Shown: positions 11,276 through 23,871 of the stretch, in pieces
How positions within the stretch are numbered: the first letter of the stretch is position 1
How the letters are laid out: each line of letters begins with the position of its first letter
The notes under the pieces: model-generated
What the model saw: the letters and a program-made list of their open reading frames with translations, nothing else
Database searches by the model: none
What the model was told of the DNA's origin: nothing
Translations under genes and position numbers: made by a program
Assembly: GCA_001949185.1 (NCBI GenBank)
Contig: BDGG01000004.1
Coordinates: 1,513,620-1,577,619, forward strand
DNA length: 64,000 nucleotides
Origin: Ramazzottius varieornatus
Lineage: Eukaryota; Animalia; Tardigrada
Direction of reading: 5' to 3'

Positions 11276-13185
11276 TTATTCATCCACTGCGTTTCTCCGC
11301 TTCTTCTTGACATTACCCTTAACTTTTCGTTTCATCGACTTCGTCCGTGTTTTAGCGTCCGTCACTTCCATATCCTAGAAAAGTAAACCAAATTCATTAA
11401 TGTACAAACATACCGCAGCATATCGCGTATTTGGAAATGTGAAAGGCTAAGCGTGTATCGCACTTGCTCCTTGTCTTCTTCCTCCCACTGGCGCAAGAGT
11501 GCATCTTTCCTCTTGTTGATCATTCGCTTCTCATCCCAGTCTTCTTCGTCCAACTTGATGCCAGCTTGCCGAGTCGCCAGCTCCACTTCGTTCAACGAGG
11601 ACTGCACGGTGCTTTCGTCGAAGGGATATTCCTTGAGCTTCATGCCAATCAGGTCTTCGATGGCATGCACTAGGCGAACGTCGAACTGAGTGACGAGGGT
11701 GATTGCCAGACCGGCTCTGCTGGCGCGAGCCGTCCGCCCAACTCGGTGAATGTAGTCCTTGCTGACTGTAGGGACGTTGTGGTTGATCACCAAGTCCACC
11801 TTGGGAATGTCCAGCCCACGACTTCCGACGTCGGTCGACATCAGAACGCGGACATTGTGCGACTTGAAGCGGGATAGCGCAGCGAGTCTTTCCTTCTGCT
11901 TCATCATGGAATGGAGACTCGCACAACTGAAGCCGAGGTGCTTCAAGGCCATCGTCAGAATTTGACATTGTCTGAAAACCAATCCAAACAGCTCAGATGG
12001 AGAACGACATCAGTTCAATACTGCAGTAGCTCAAAACTTGCTTGCAAGTTTGGACGAAGACCATGATAAGGGATCGAGGATTATCCTCGAAGAACCTCTG
12101 AATGAGGTTGACGAGGTAGGCATCTTTAACGGCGGCCGGAGTCAGAATGAATCGCTGGTCGAGCTCCTCGACTGTCGCGGTACTGAAAGGATGAAGAAGA
12201 CTGGAGTCTGAACTGAAAGGCCAGTTGCCTGATAGGCTTACCTCGACTTGTTTTCGAAAAGGAAGGGGTTACTCATCGCCGACGATTGAACTTGCTTGAG
12301 AGTATCGTTCATCGTTGCGCTAAAGAGAAGCGTCTGACGGTTCACCGGAAGCTCGTCCAGGATGACAGCAAGATCGGCGCTGAAATTATCCACGAGCAAC
12401 CGGTCTGCTTCGTCCATTACCTAGGAGGAGGTCAATGGTTAATTAGAGAACCTCGTCGAAACAATGGGCACCGCACGTACCAGGAACTTGACTTTCTTTA
12501 AAGAAAGGGTTGACTGACTACTCCTCACATGGTCGGCTAAACGTCCGGGGGTGGCGATAACAATGTGGGGTTGCTGTGCCAGTTCCATACCTTGATCCAG
12601 TAAACCTACAAGATTCACCTGCTGCTCGTACTCCATTATAGTTATGTCGTCGGCTCTCCAGTTTTCGATGTTACATACTGAGTCCTCCTATCACAATAGA
12701 TGCCCGAAGCGCAATCGGTTTTCCCAACGCTTGAAACTGTTCGTGTATCTGGTGCGCTAACTCCCTCGTTGGTACGAGAACAAGTGTGAAGATTCCGTAA
12801 GGGTCTTCGGATAACTTCTGGAGTATGGGTAGCGCGAAAGCAGCAGTCTTTCCACTTCCGGTCTTCGCACAGCCAATACAATCCCGTCCTGTAACAGAAA
12901 CACCAAGTCAGGACGTGATGTGTCGCGCGCCGAGTTACTACAGACTACCGAAGCTTCCCTTAGCAAACAAGAGATACATAACACGCGGAAAACTAAGTGC
13001 ATCAACGAAGGAGTCGAAGGAGAAACGACGATAACCCATGTAAGTATACACTTACCTGACAGGATTTCCGGGATACATCTTCGTTGAACTTCTGTTGGAA
13101 TCCTGAGCCCAAGGATTCCGCACTGTTGTTGTAGCCAGTCATGCAGACCCAGCTCTCCGAACAGGTTCTTCTTGTGCTCCATCAT
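11276..13185 (-). CDS. DDX49: DEAD-box RNA helicase DDX49/Dbp8 (multi-exon)
   Basis: Q motif ([19 protein letters not shown]), [36 protein letters not shown] and [10 protein letters not shown]; [19 protein letters not shown] is typical of DDX49. Confidence 0.9.
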
Positions 13186-14055
13186 AGAGATCCGGATGAA
13201 GGTAAGACTTTGAAGTCTGGACAGAAACGTGCAACGCTATGTCGTTTCCGGTCGTCCATACAACGCCGAGATTGCGGTTATAGATGTCTCATACATCCTC
13301 TCCTAAAACTCACACTTGACTGGACAAAAAGGAACAGGTATCCAAACGTCATTGGTGCGACCCGCCTACTTCACGCGCATCTTCGGATCAGCAAAAACGA
13401 CGGAACCGAGATTCTCGCCATTTAATTGTTTCTTGCGAGAGCTCCGCTCAAAAGGCTGGCCTTTCAGCGGAGCTTTAGAATGAATCGTAGACCGCTTGAG
13501 TCATCGTAGAAAGCTGTTTATGCATTCTAAAGCCCTTGAATTGGGGAAACTATGGCAAGCCTGCGCCTATGGCGGAAAGATCAAAGATCAAAGGATGGGG
13601 ACCAAGGTTCATTCACATCTGACGCAGTAAAAAGCGTCCTTCAGTCAAATAATCAACTCCAGTAAACTGTGGACTCCGCCCAGACCGATTACCACGCCCA
13701 TTTGCCAACAGACAGAAAGGACGGGCCAATAAACCAGCTGCGCTTGGGCGGCAGGGTGCTGAGAGTAATCAATTCTTTGTTAATCAACTAGCTGTTTTCA
13801 CCAGTTGATTCGTACGAATTGATTGATCAGACACAAAGCCATGACTCAGCAAAAACTAAAGAAATTGGAAAAATCAGAAAAAAATCGGGGAAACATCCTG
13901 AGAAAAGGATCGTGCTGTCTGGAGCTCGAGCTTCCTCTGATGAGTTTGCGATTTGGAGTCCCCTTGGGTATTCCCAGTTTAAATCTTCACCGTCGATGAT
14001 TCACTTCTGTGTTCTATCTAGATTGAAGCAACGTGTTTTGGTTTTGTCCCCCGGA

Positions 14056-16801
14056 ATGAAGATGGCGTTTGATCCTCAGACACAGACGAAGATCGACCAG
14101 GCGAAGGTCTTCATGGTCGGTAAGTCTCATGGTGTTAGTACGCTATATAATGTAGGATGCGTGGATAGTGGATACGTTCTCTGTCGACAAATAAGCTACA
14201 GTTTCTTCCATTGTAAGCATAGTCACAGATCGAAATTTCGATACGCTTGTGGAACAGTTGGTGGATGATTGCTTGCGCTGCATAACCGTGGTTTGTCTTT
14301 CACTAGGGGCCGGTGGTATTGGATGCGAGCTGTTAAAGAATCTGCTTCTCACCGGTTTTCGAGACATTCACTTGGTAAGTTGCTCTAAGTGGCCTGCTAC
14401 GTTTCATCCTGCGTGGAACAATATTTTGTGTTTTGTCGATGTAGATCGACCTGGACACCATCGAAGTCAGCAACCTGAATCGTCAGTTTCTCTTCCGCAG
14501 CGAGCATGTCGGCAAGCCCAAAGCGCAGGTTAGTCCCTGTTGCTGCAGTATAAGAGTAGCTATATACCGTAATGAGCGTTTATGGAGTATGGAGCAGTTC
14601 TTTGTTGTCATGCTCTAGATCGCGGCGTTGGCAGCAGAGGAAATGTGTCCTGAAGCCAGGATAACTTGGTACCACGAAAGCGTAATTCAGTAAGTCATTT
14701 CCAAGACCGATTGGTTTACTTGTCTCAGTTTCATCCAAAGTTTGTTCAAGTTCTTGGCTCTGTTTTAGGCCTAAATTCAACGTCAAATTCTTCGGACAGT
14801 TCAACTTGGTTCTGAACGCTTTGGACAACTCGGCGGCTCGCAGTCATGTTAACAGAATGTGTTTGGCTGCTAACGTTCCGCTGGTGGAAAGCGGCAGTTC
14901 GGGATATCTGGGAAATTGCAAAGTTATCATCAAGGTCTGTTCAGATTACACATGACAGTCAGGTGGTAATGAATGACTTCAGCGTGATACTGTTCGTCGT
15001 TTTGCAGGGTACGACGGAATGCTTTGACTGCCAGCCGCCGATCGGTCAGAAGACATATCCAGGCTGTACCATCCGCAATACGCCCAGCGAGCCTATCCAC
15101 TGCATCGTATGGGCCAAGCATCTCTTCAACCAGCTGTTCGGCGAAGCAGATCCTGACCAAGACGTGTCGCCTGACAGCGAAGACCCAGCCGCCGATCCGG
15201 AAGCAGGACTCTTGTCTAATGGCACCCATCAAGAGCACTGGTCGACAGTAGCAGAAACGAACGAAACAGTCATAGCACATCTAGCTGTTCAACAGAACGG
15301 AGCACACCAATTGCAGAACGGCAGTAACGGTTAGTTCGAGTGGATGAATCGAGTAAATTAGTTCTCTTCTCTAATCCTTCTGTTCACTTGTTAGGTAATG
15401 AAGCGAAGAAAGGCACATCGACTCGCGCGAAGGCCGTCGCTTGCGGGTACAACTCTATAGACTTGTTCCAGAAGCTTTTCCATCAAGACATCAGTTACCT
15501 TCTAAGTATGAGTAAGTTGTGGGAGAAGCGAAGGAGGCCGGAAGTTCTCGATGTTCATTCCATTCTCAAGCAGAAAGACGAAGAGAAGGTTTGGGGGTCT
15601 TCTTCAACAGAAGAGCACGAAGACAAGCGCTTGTGGTCGCTCAAACAGAACGTGATTGTATTCATGAGAGCCGTGAAAGCGCTGAAAGAGACCATGGATA
15701 AGATAGAGACGTTGGTGTGGGATAAGGATGATGAGAACGCCATGGATTTTGTGACGGCGTGCGCGAACCTTCGAGCTACCTGTTTCGGCATCACCACTCA
15801 GTCACGGTATGATACGAAACAGATGGCTGGCAATATCATTCCGGCTGTAGCCTCGACAAATGCTATCGTCGCTGGTCTGATCATCTTCAACGCTGTGAAG
15901 GTACTGCAGAATAGGGTCGATGAGTGTCGAAATCTCATACTGAAGACGTTTCGCGATGCGGTACCGGCTACTTCACCGAAGCGTCGTGTCAGAATCACTG
16001 GTGTGTCCAAGTTGCTGGAACCGGTCAAGGACTGTGTGTCTTGTTCCGAACGAGTGGAAACCTCGTTGAGACTGAACCTGGAAACCACAACCATCAAGGT
16101 GAGCTTCGACCCGCCGTATCATATAATAATAATAACACACGGAGTTCGGCAAGCAAACTGGACAAGGTCGATTTCCCTAGTGGCGCACTTTTTCATTGGT
16201 GTAGGCTGAAAGAGTGCTCTACTTGAAAAAGGCCCTTGTCGAGTTTGCTTGCCGAGCTCTCAGATCTGAGGAAATTATCCATTCAAATCCGTGAAGTTTC
16301 CTCGACTACTTGGCGTTATCCTGAGTGATTTTTGCTTTGTAGGACTTTCAAGACAAGATTTTGAAAGGCTACTTCAAGATGGCTCAACCAGACGTCAGCT
16401 TGGATGACAGCAGTGGCACAGTCATCATCGACAGCGAGTTTGAGTTGAACAACAAAGACAAGCCACTGACAGCCTGCAAGATCCTTGACGGAACTCGCTT
16501 AAAGTGCTCGGACTTCCTGCAAGAGTACGACATCACCATCACGGTGAACCATGCCGATGACTTGCCCGAAGATACTCTCTTCGAGTCCAGCAAGGACGCC
16601 AACGTCGTCCTCGCAGCGATGCCATCCCAAGCCCCCGACGCAAGAACTACACCAGCGCAGAAGCGAAAGTCCGCAGACGATCTCGCGGAGGCTAGTGCTG
16701 AGGAACTAAAACGCTTCAAGCGACAGGAGAAAGAGCATCTAGGATTTGGTCATGTGAACGAGAACGGGTTTCCTGATCAGTTTCTCGAGATTTTGGAATA
16801 G
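14056..16801 (+). CDS. UBA2: SUMO-activating enzyme subunit 2 (multi-exon)
   Basis: [30 protein letters not shown], catalytic region [53 protein letters not shown] and a C-terminal ubiquitin-fold region. Confidence 0.95.
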
Positions 16802-17352
16802 ATCATGTTTTGCAAGTGAATCTGTCCGAAGACGTTTTCGTTGCGATCTCGCTGCTTTTGTGAACTATCAGGTCTGTCAAGCATAGTTCGTGACATTGTA
16901 TTTTACGTCTGAAGCCACAAAAATATTATAGTCTTTGGAACTTAGAAGTATGATAAGCATACTTCTCTCGGCTGTTCATTTTTTTTGCTACAAAAAAGGA
17001 TGAAACGAAACAAACACTACATATAAAAAGCAAAGCTACGTTTTCGCACTAGCAGCGACTATGAAAAACAAGCTTTCTTTACGTACAGCTGCGGACAAAG
17101 GCTGCATGGGAGGGATCCAGGAATTTTTTAAAAACTAAACTCAAAAACACAAAGGTTCGCCGGAAACCGGTCAGAGCGCAACTGTGATAAAATGATAAGA
17201 TATGAACAGGACAGCGATGCAAAAGAAGGATTCTTTATTCTGTTTTATCAGTAGAAAACAATGCAGCGAAATGTGGTATGTGCTTGTCGAAGAAACTTCA
17301 GTGAAAAGACTAATAAGGCTGCCTTTTCTTTCAACCACACAGACGCCAATTA

Positions 17353-20329
17353 TCAGTCCAGGTCGATATCGTCTTTCGGTTGTTTCGGTCCTTGCGTTTC
17401 CGACCCGGTACTCGCAGAATTGGCCACCGAGTCTCCGGCGGCAGCAATGTCCACAGCTGCTCCCTGGCTAGCCTGACGCTGACTAGCCGTTGGTGGCTGC
17501 TGGGCACTGGAAGCACTGGAGGTACTTGCAGTCTGGCTGGCCGATTGCTGAGCCGGTGCCAGCGGCTGGAACATGACTGAAGGGGACTGGTTACCTAAGG
17601 CTTGCGCCACAGTGTTCATGATGGTCCCGAAGAGGTTATTTCCTGGGTTAGCCATGCTAGTTGACTGTGGTTGAACCTGCGGAGAAGCCGTGGGTGCTCG
17701 TAGGGAAGTTCTCGGCTGGCCCATTCTGTGTGCCTGCTGTCGCACCCGAGTAGGCCGCGTTCCAGTGACATTGGCTGGGTTCACTCCGTTAGGACGTGGA
17801 GAAGGCGGAGGAGGCTGTGCGTACATCGGCGGACCGAACAACGAAACAGTTGGTCCTACACCAAGAAAAGTAGCCTCGAGACTGAGCTAACATCCTTACG
17901 GAAGGTTCACAAAGTGTTTTGCTAAGTGACGCACGGTTACAGTGGTATTGCCTGGAAGCGTGCGCCACTTAGAAAACGATCTGGTCGACTTTGTTAGCCA
18001 AACACCCAACTGTTGTATCGTTATGTCTTACCTGACGCGGCGCTCAGCTGGGCTGGTTGAGCCGGGTTGACGAAGATCTGCATTTGTGGTTGCTGTCCAG
18101 GTTGTCCTTGGCCGACAACCACTTGGCCACTCCAAACAGTGGCTGCTGGCATAGCTTGAAAGCGTTGCTGCTGCGTTCCAGCTGGAGCAGCTTGGAAGCG
18201 TTGTTGCATCCCGCTTTGTAACGCACTCTGCGTTCCACTCTGCAAACCCGGGTTGAAAGCATGTCGCATCACTTGGGGCACTGTGGGTCGAACGGAAGCT
18301 TGTGGATGGTGAGGCTGAGCTGACCGGAAGACGAAGTTACCCGGTGCGACAGGCTGGACGAAACGCTGGGGAGAGGGGTGGAAGTGTCCATGGGGAGCGA
18401 ACATGGGCTGCGGTGCGGGCACTGGTCCCACTTGGTACACCACGTTCACTTCCTGGATGCCACCGTGATCGTTGTCTGGACCTGCGGGTTCTCCTGTCTG
18501 GACGTTAGTTCGACATACAGGACAGTTTCCGTGCTGCGAGCGGAAAAACTAGTTAGAGCGAGGAACTTTCGGGTCGCAAAGATGCCAGTCGAGTATTTAC
18601 ACGGGGGAAAACGTACCAAGATCAGCCATCGGTCAATGCATGAGCCGTGAAACTGGTGATTCTATGGGAGAACAGAGCATGACGCTGATTCATTGAACTA
18701 TCAGCAAATTATTCTATAAGCTTAATCCCTGTAACCTTACACATGGCATCTCTTTGTAGGTGCTGCTGGCATTGAAATTCTCCATACATATGGAGCAAGT
18801 TCTGTTCTCCGCTGTGGAAGAAACAATCTTCATGTTTAAATGTAGATAAATAAAAACGAGAACATTGTCACAGACCTATCATCTCCGTTGTAGCGGGATG
18901 GGTAGGAATGGCGTCCACCATCTGCTGGGTCATCGGTGGCGGACCACCTTGGGTTCCCAGCTGATTCAAAACGGCGGTGATCACATCGTCAATGTTCTCC
19001 GTCAACATCTGCATCAGGTTGTTCATGTTGCCCGGAATGCTAAACAACAGAAAAGAATCCGTTAGTAATTCATATGGGAGATATTCCGGTTCGAACAAAT
19101 CCAATTCTGTTTATGGCCTTACTTCAGCGTTGGACCCGGATTTCCATTCACGTCAACGCCGACCATCATGAAGTTTCCCTGGCCTGGGTTAGGGTGACCC
19201 TGGTTCGGCTGGTTGGGTTGCTGGCTCGACACGAAGTGGAAATGAGGCATCTGCTGTTGATGGTGTTGCTGCATCGGCTGGCCACTGAAATGTGGGGGTG
19301 GTGGACCGAAAGACGTGCTGAAAGAAGGTTGCGGAAGACCGAAAGATATCAGCGGACTGGACATGGGCTGCTGGACAGCTCCTTGAAGATGATGAGGCTG
19401 GGGCGAGGATGATTGTGTGGGGGACATGAAGGGACCGAACGAGTACCCGTTAGAAGCGAAGGGACCGGCAGAGGATGCCGAGGACTGAAACATAGAGGGT
19501 TGATGTATGGGAGTATGGCTAAGCATGTCCATTTCCGGTTCCATTAGAATGGAGCCAAATGGAGACCCATCGAACGCTTGAATGACGGGGACAGCAGTGA
19601 TCGTCACCTGGCCCTGAATGTGCGTTGGATGCGTGGAATGCGCATGGTGATGGTGGTGGGGCTGGGAAGACTGCTGGGTTGGATGTGGCGCGAAGGCGAA
19701 GAAAGGATGGGAGCCGTGGCTGTGAGGCTGCTGTTGAACATTTTGCTGCTCTGGAAAAACAACCGTTGAGCATATCAAAACACGTATTTCATCTTGTTTT
19801 CGAGATTAAGGATTGTCCCAAACACATGGAATCGGCTTACTGTCATTGTACTGATTATAGGGAACTTACGCTGGATTCCGGAACTGGATGAGGAAGGCAG
19901 AGAATCTTTGTCGTCAAACGTTGTCTGCGATGCCTGGAAAACAGGAAAAACGCACAACACATCGATATCACGACGTTGACAGAGTCATGCGAATGCTAAA
20001 AAATACTCTGACCCTGTCGCGAATCACCTGTGACGTTGAGGCTGTGGGCAAACCGAACTGACGATATCCGGATAGGCTAGCGGAAGAGCTAGAGGCGGTT
20101 GCGGCAGGCTGCGGATCACGAGGAGGTGGTGTTGGATCAGCTGGCATCTCCTGGATGAAACCGCCCCCACATCTTTTGCAGACAAACTCCTACCAAGAGC
20201 AACAAGCATCACCATTCAGGACCTCAAGATCGTATTCCATAGTCCACTCAAGAATGTCCTTAGGCTTACCGTAGGATCCACTTGCGTCTGGTTAGCGCAC
20301 TGGTAACAGTAGTACTGGGGATTCGTCAT
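17353..20329 (-). CDS. RNF126/RNF115-like RING-H2 E3 ubiquitin ligase with long low-complexity regions
   Basis: Spliced N-terminal zinc finger YCYQC...FVCKRCGGGFIQE, pre-RING IDDVITAVLNQLGTQGGPPP, and RING-H2 CSICMENF...PC|NHQFHGSCIDRWLIL|HGNCPVCR. Confidence 0.8.
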
Positions 20330-21027
20330 GACTGTTTCACGGCGTAATCTGAGACTGAAACCAAGGGTTAGCACTGTCCGAAATAGCCGTACAGGTTCCG
20401 CAAAAGCCCAAAGAGCACGGAAAGGTAATGGTCGGACAACTGAGTCATCGTACCTGATTATATAAGATGTAGCGAATTCCCGAAAGTTCCGCCGGAAGAG
20501 GTGGCCGTCAGCAGCGGAAAGGTTGCCTAAGATACTATAGTCCCGATCCAGGAAGCGCTACCAATGTGGACGTGCCACAATAAGTTATAAAGCAAAAACT
20601 GCGTCACCGGAAGGGATCAAGGAGAGCACTTTAACAAGAGCAATGGAGACGTTTCGTGGAAGAACGGAAAGATGGAAACTTGAACATCCAGATGATTGCG
20701 CCGCTGCGGGAGCAAAAGTGCAAACAGTACTACTGTGACTGAAACTCTTGTCCAAAATTCCAAATGTCCAGGTGTACGCAATTGCACCCGGCTTGCCCCC
20801 CTCTCGGCTTCGGAAGTTTTTGAGCCCGAATCGCGCTGCAGTCGAGTTCGGTCTTGGTCAGTCTAACGTGACTCGTTCCCCGGTCGAAAAACCCTTCAGC
20901 CATGGCGACACTGCGACAGTACCGCGACACACCGACATCGAATATCCCTGGTTGAATCACGTGTCCACCCCAGGGGTAGGCTGGCAAGCCAATTTAGGGT
21001 AGGAAACGATATTGCGTACATCAAAGT

Positions 21028-21279
21028 GTCGAGGAGTAACATGCGCCGACCAAATGGCTGTTCTGATGGTCTTTCTGGATTTTCAAATTTCCAGGACCCG
21101 TATTTTCCAGTTTTGTTCGTCCTACTCGTGGCTGATTCGTAAGAATGAATGTGTTATGCTGGGAAATAACCAAATCCCCGCAAGGTTTCGCCACTGACGC
21201 AGAACTTCGCTTAATTCGAAATCGAAGATAGATTAAACCGTCAAAACAGCCATTTGGTCGCCGCATGTTACTCCTCGAC
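21028..21279. mobile_element. MITE-like element (~250 bp) with ~45-60-bp inverted arms, family unassigned
   Basis: GTCGAGGAGTAACATGCGCCGACCAAATGGCTGTTCTGATGGT pairs with ACCGTCAAAACAGCCATTTGGTCGCCGCATGTTACTCCTCGAC. No clear target duplication. Confidence 0.7.
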
Positions 21280-21998
21280 GGGACGTTCTTGTTTTGCCGA
21301 GAGTTCGGTGTTTGGTGCATTTCGGGGATGCGAGGACGCAGAGGCTCGACATGCCCAGATCAGACCGTGGTGGACAACAAACACTCAGTGTTGAAAGTTG
21401 TTCACCATGCCAACTGGCTTCCAGATTCTGCTCGTGCCGTGTCACATGACCATGTAGACCAACTCTTGTTACTTTATAAACATTCTAAACAATCGGAATC
21501 AGGTTGTAGGGACAGGACATACGATTTTTTGAATAGAGGTCTAGGGGGACCACTCATTATTGGGAGACAGTCAGTCTGACAGTGTACTTGTGGCCCTAAT
21601 ACTACAAAAAGCATAGCGCGCACAAACCATACCAGACCAAACAACGACTGTACGCTCAAACACGATACACCGAAGTTTTCCGCGTGGTAAATAAAACTCC
21701 ACAATCTCCATCGTAACATTCCTGTTTTCCAAACCGAAATTAATACTTTAAAGTACCGATCTAGTGGGGTAGATTTCGGTGCCGAAGCGTGGAGGAAGAC
21801 TACCCTGGACACGCAGAGTTGGCTGTTGTGTTTGATATTATACCGGTCAGCACGATGGAACCGGCAAACCTCGACAAAGCATTAAGATGAGCAGGAAATA
21901 GCGTAACCCAGTTCTCCAACTGCGACAACAGTCAGCTAACTTTTTCCTGATATTTGAGGTAGAAAAAGGAACTACACTTGTCCGACTACAAAACGACA

Positions 21999-23871
21999 TC
22001 AGTTTTTGACCTTCTTCGACCTCCCTTTCTTCGAAGCGACGGGTAAATCTGCTTTAGCAGACTTCGATCTTGTCCTTTCCTTAACGGCCACTGGCAGTTC
22101 GATCTGGACTGTCTTCGGTCTTCCACGCTTTTTAGACGCTTCATCTGCAGTTTCTAAAGTTTTCGTCTCGGGTGAAAAAGGGAATATGCTAGTATTCTTG
22201 AAGCCGCTCTTCAGTGGTGCTTTGAACTCGAAAGAGAATCTGGAAGCTTCTGAGGTGCAGAGCAATGCCAAGTGCCCAGCAAAGGTGTTGCGAGTCATCT
22301 GAAGAGTAACATAAATTTCTAGAAAGCAACGTTAATTGATAAGAACTTCAGGCAATGCTCTTAACCTCGAACGAAGGATCAAGGCGTTTGGACGCCTTTT
22401 AGTTAGTCCACTTCACCTTCATACATCCGAACGTGCAGCTATCCAACGGCTGCAATTTATCCGTTTGTCCCGCAGGAAGACAGGTGAGTTTGATCTCTTT
22501 CCCAGAGTCTCTGCATAGTTTGAAAACTTGAGCGTTGTTGACATGACTGTGATGTCCATAGCAAAGAACGACGCACTAAAAAATAGCAAACGCAGATCAC
22601 AGTTAAAATCATAGTTCACATCACCGTAACAAGCGTCAGACACCTATCATCCACACATTTGATAGCGTAAAAAACATGATACCTTCTGGGGCGCATCCGG
22701 CAAGATAACTTTCCGGAAGTAATCTGTTATGAGATCGCAGTCCATAACCCCCGAACCGTTCACTGCGTTGTACAATTTGCCATCGGTATTATCGAACATG
22801 CTTTCCAGGTGCATAATGCCGTCGAACAGGACCAATGGCTTGTAAATTTTTCCGGCTGCGTCTCCACAAACCAAAGTGCTGACACGGTCCCGAGTAGTTC
22901 CGTCGGTGTAAGAAGGGACGTGCTTCATACCTCTTGCGGCGCAGACTTTCTCCTTCTCAAAACCCAACATGAAGCCTGATTCATCGAAGTTTATTATAGC
23001 AGCAGGGTCCGAGAGGTATCCTTCGCTTTCAAGTTTAGCTCACAGGCTGATTCAATCTTCGGCACATTCAAGAGTGCATTCCCGCGCCTTCTTCCGATCA
23101 ACGTTGAATCCCATACGAAGTAAAATTTGTTTCTCATGGTCACGCATGAACCGACCGTGCCACTTCTCACTCAACACTGTACCGATACCTGAGAAAAACG
23201 GAACAATTAGTTTCACTGAACATTGTTCAGGAACGAAAATGTACTGTAATGCTTTACGAACTTGGTGAATGACGTCACAGTTAGCGCAGAGTTTACGGGT
23301 ATGTTGGCGCATACGGTACACGCTTACAATGACATCATTCGCCATGTTAACTGGCCTTACAGTACCTTTGCCGAAGCTTATTTGATCCACAAAAGAACAG
23401 AGATCGTGTTTGTTCATCGGGAATCCGCTGTTTCAACATGTCCACCAGTGAAGCCTCTTCTGTTGTATCCAGCTTCGTCTTTCGCCTAATCTTCTGAGCT
23501 GTGAGGGATTTCTCGTAGCGGACAATAGTCATCTGAGGAACGCGAAACGTTAGCGAAGCTTTCCGAACTGACATCCCGTTTGCCACTGCGCGAATTGCAT
23601 CTTTCAGACTTTCCACGGTGTACTTTCGGCGCCTCTTGCTCTTGAGATGTTGCGCCATTTTACAAGGTAAAGGGTTTTTGGATTGGAAAGACAACACATG
23701 AAAGAACACAGAACTTGAAATGATACCGTACGGAAAAAGCGCACTGCGAAATATTCACTTCCTGACGTCACATGGCCAGTTTCTGTTCCGACATAATATT
23801 CTTTCGTTAAATTGCCGCCAGCTTGCGCTCCCCACAATTTTGTCCATCCCCACAATTAGGCCAGCCGCGTG
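21999..23871 (-). mobile_element. Decayed pogo/Tigger-type DNA transposon (HTH-psq, CENP-B-type HTH, DDE domain)
   Basis: ATG at 23658 gives RRKYTVESLKDAIRAVANGMSVRKASLTFRVP (psq-type HTH). Further motifs: SEKWHGRFMRDH, NFDESGF, RVSTLVCGDAAG, CYGHHSH (2nd Asp changed to Tyr), LQPLD, and AT-hook-like KKRGRPK. Internal stops present. One TA-flanked terminus at 23871; the other terminus was not found. Confidence 0.82.
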
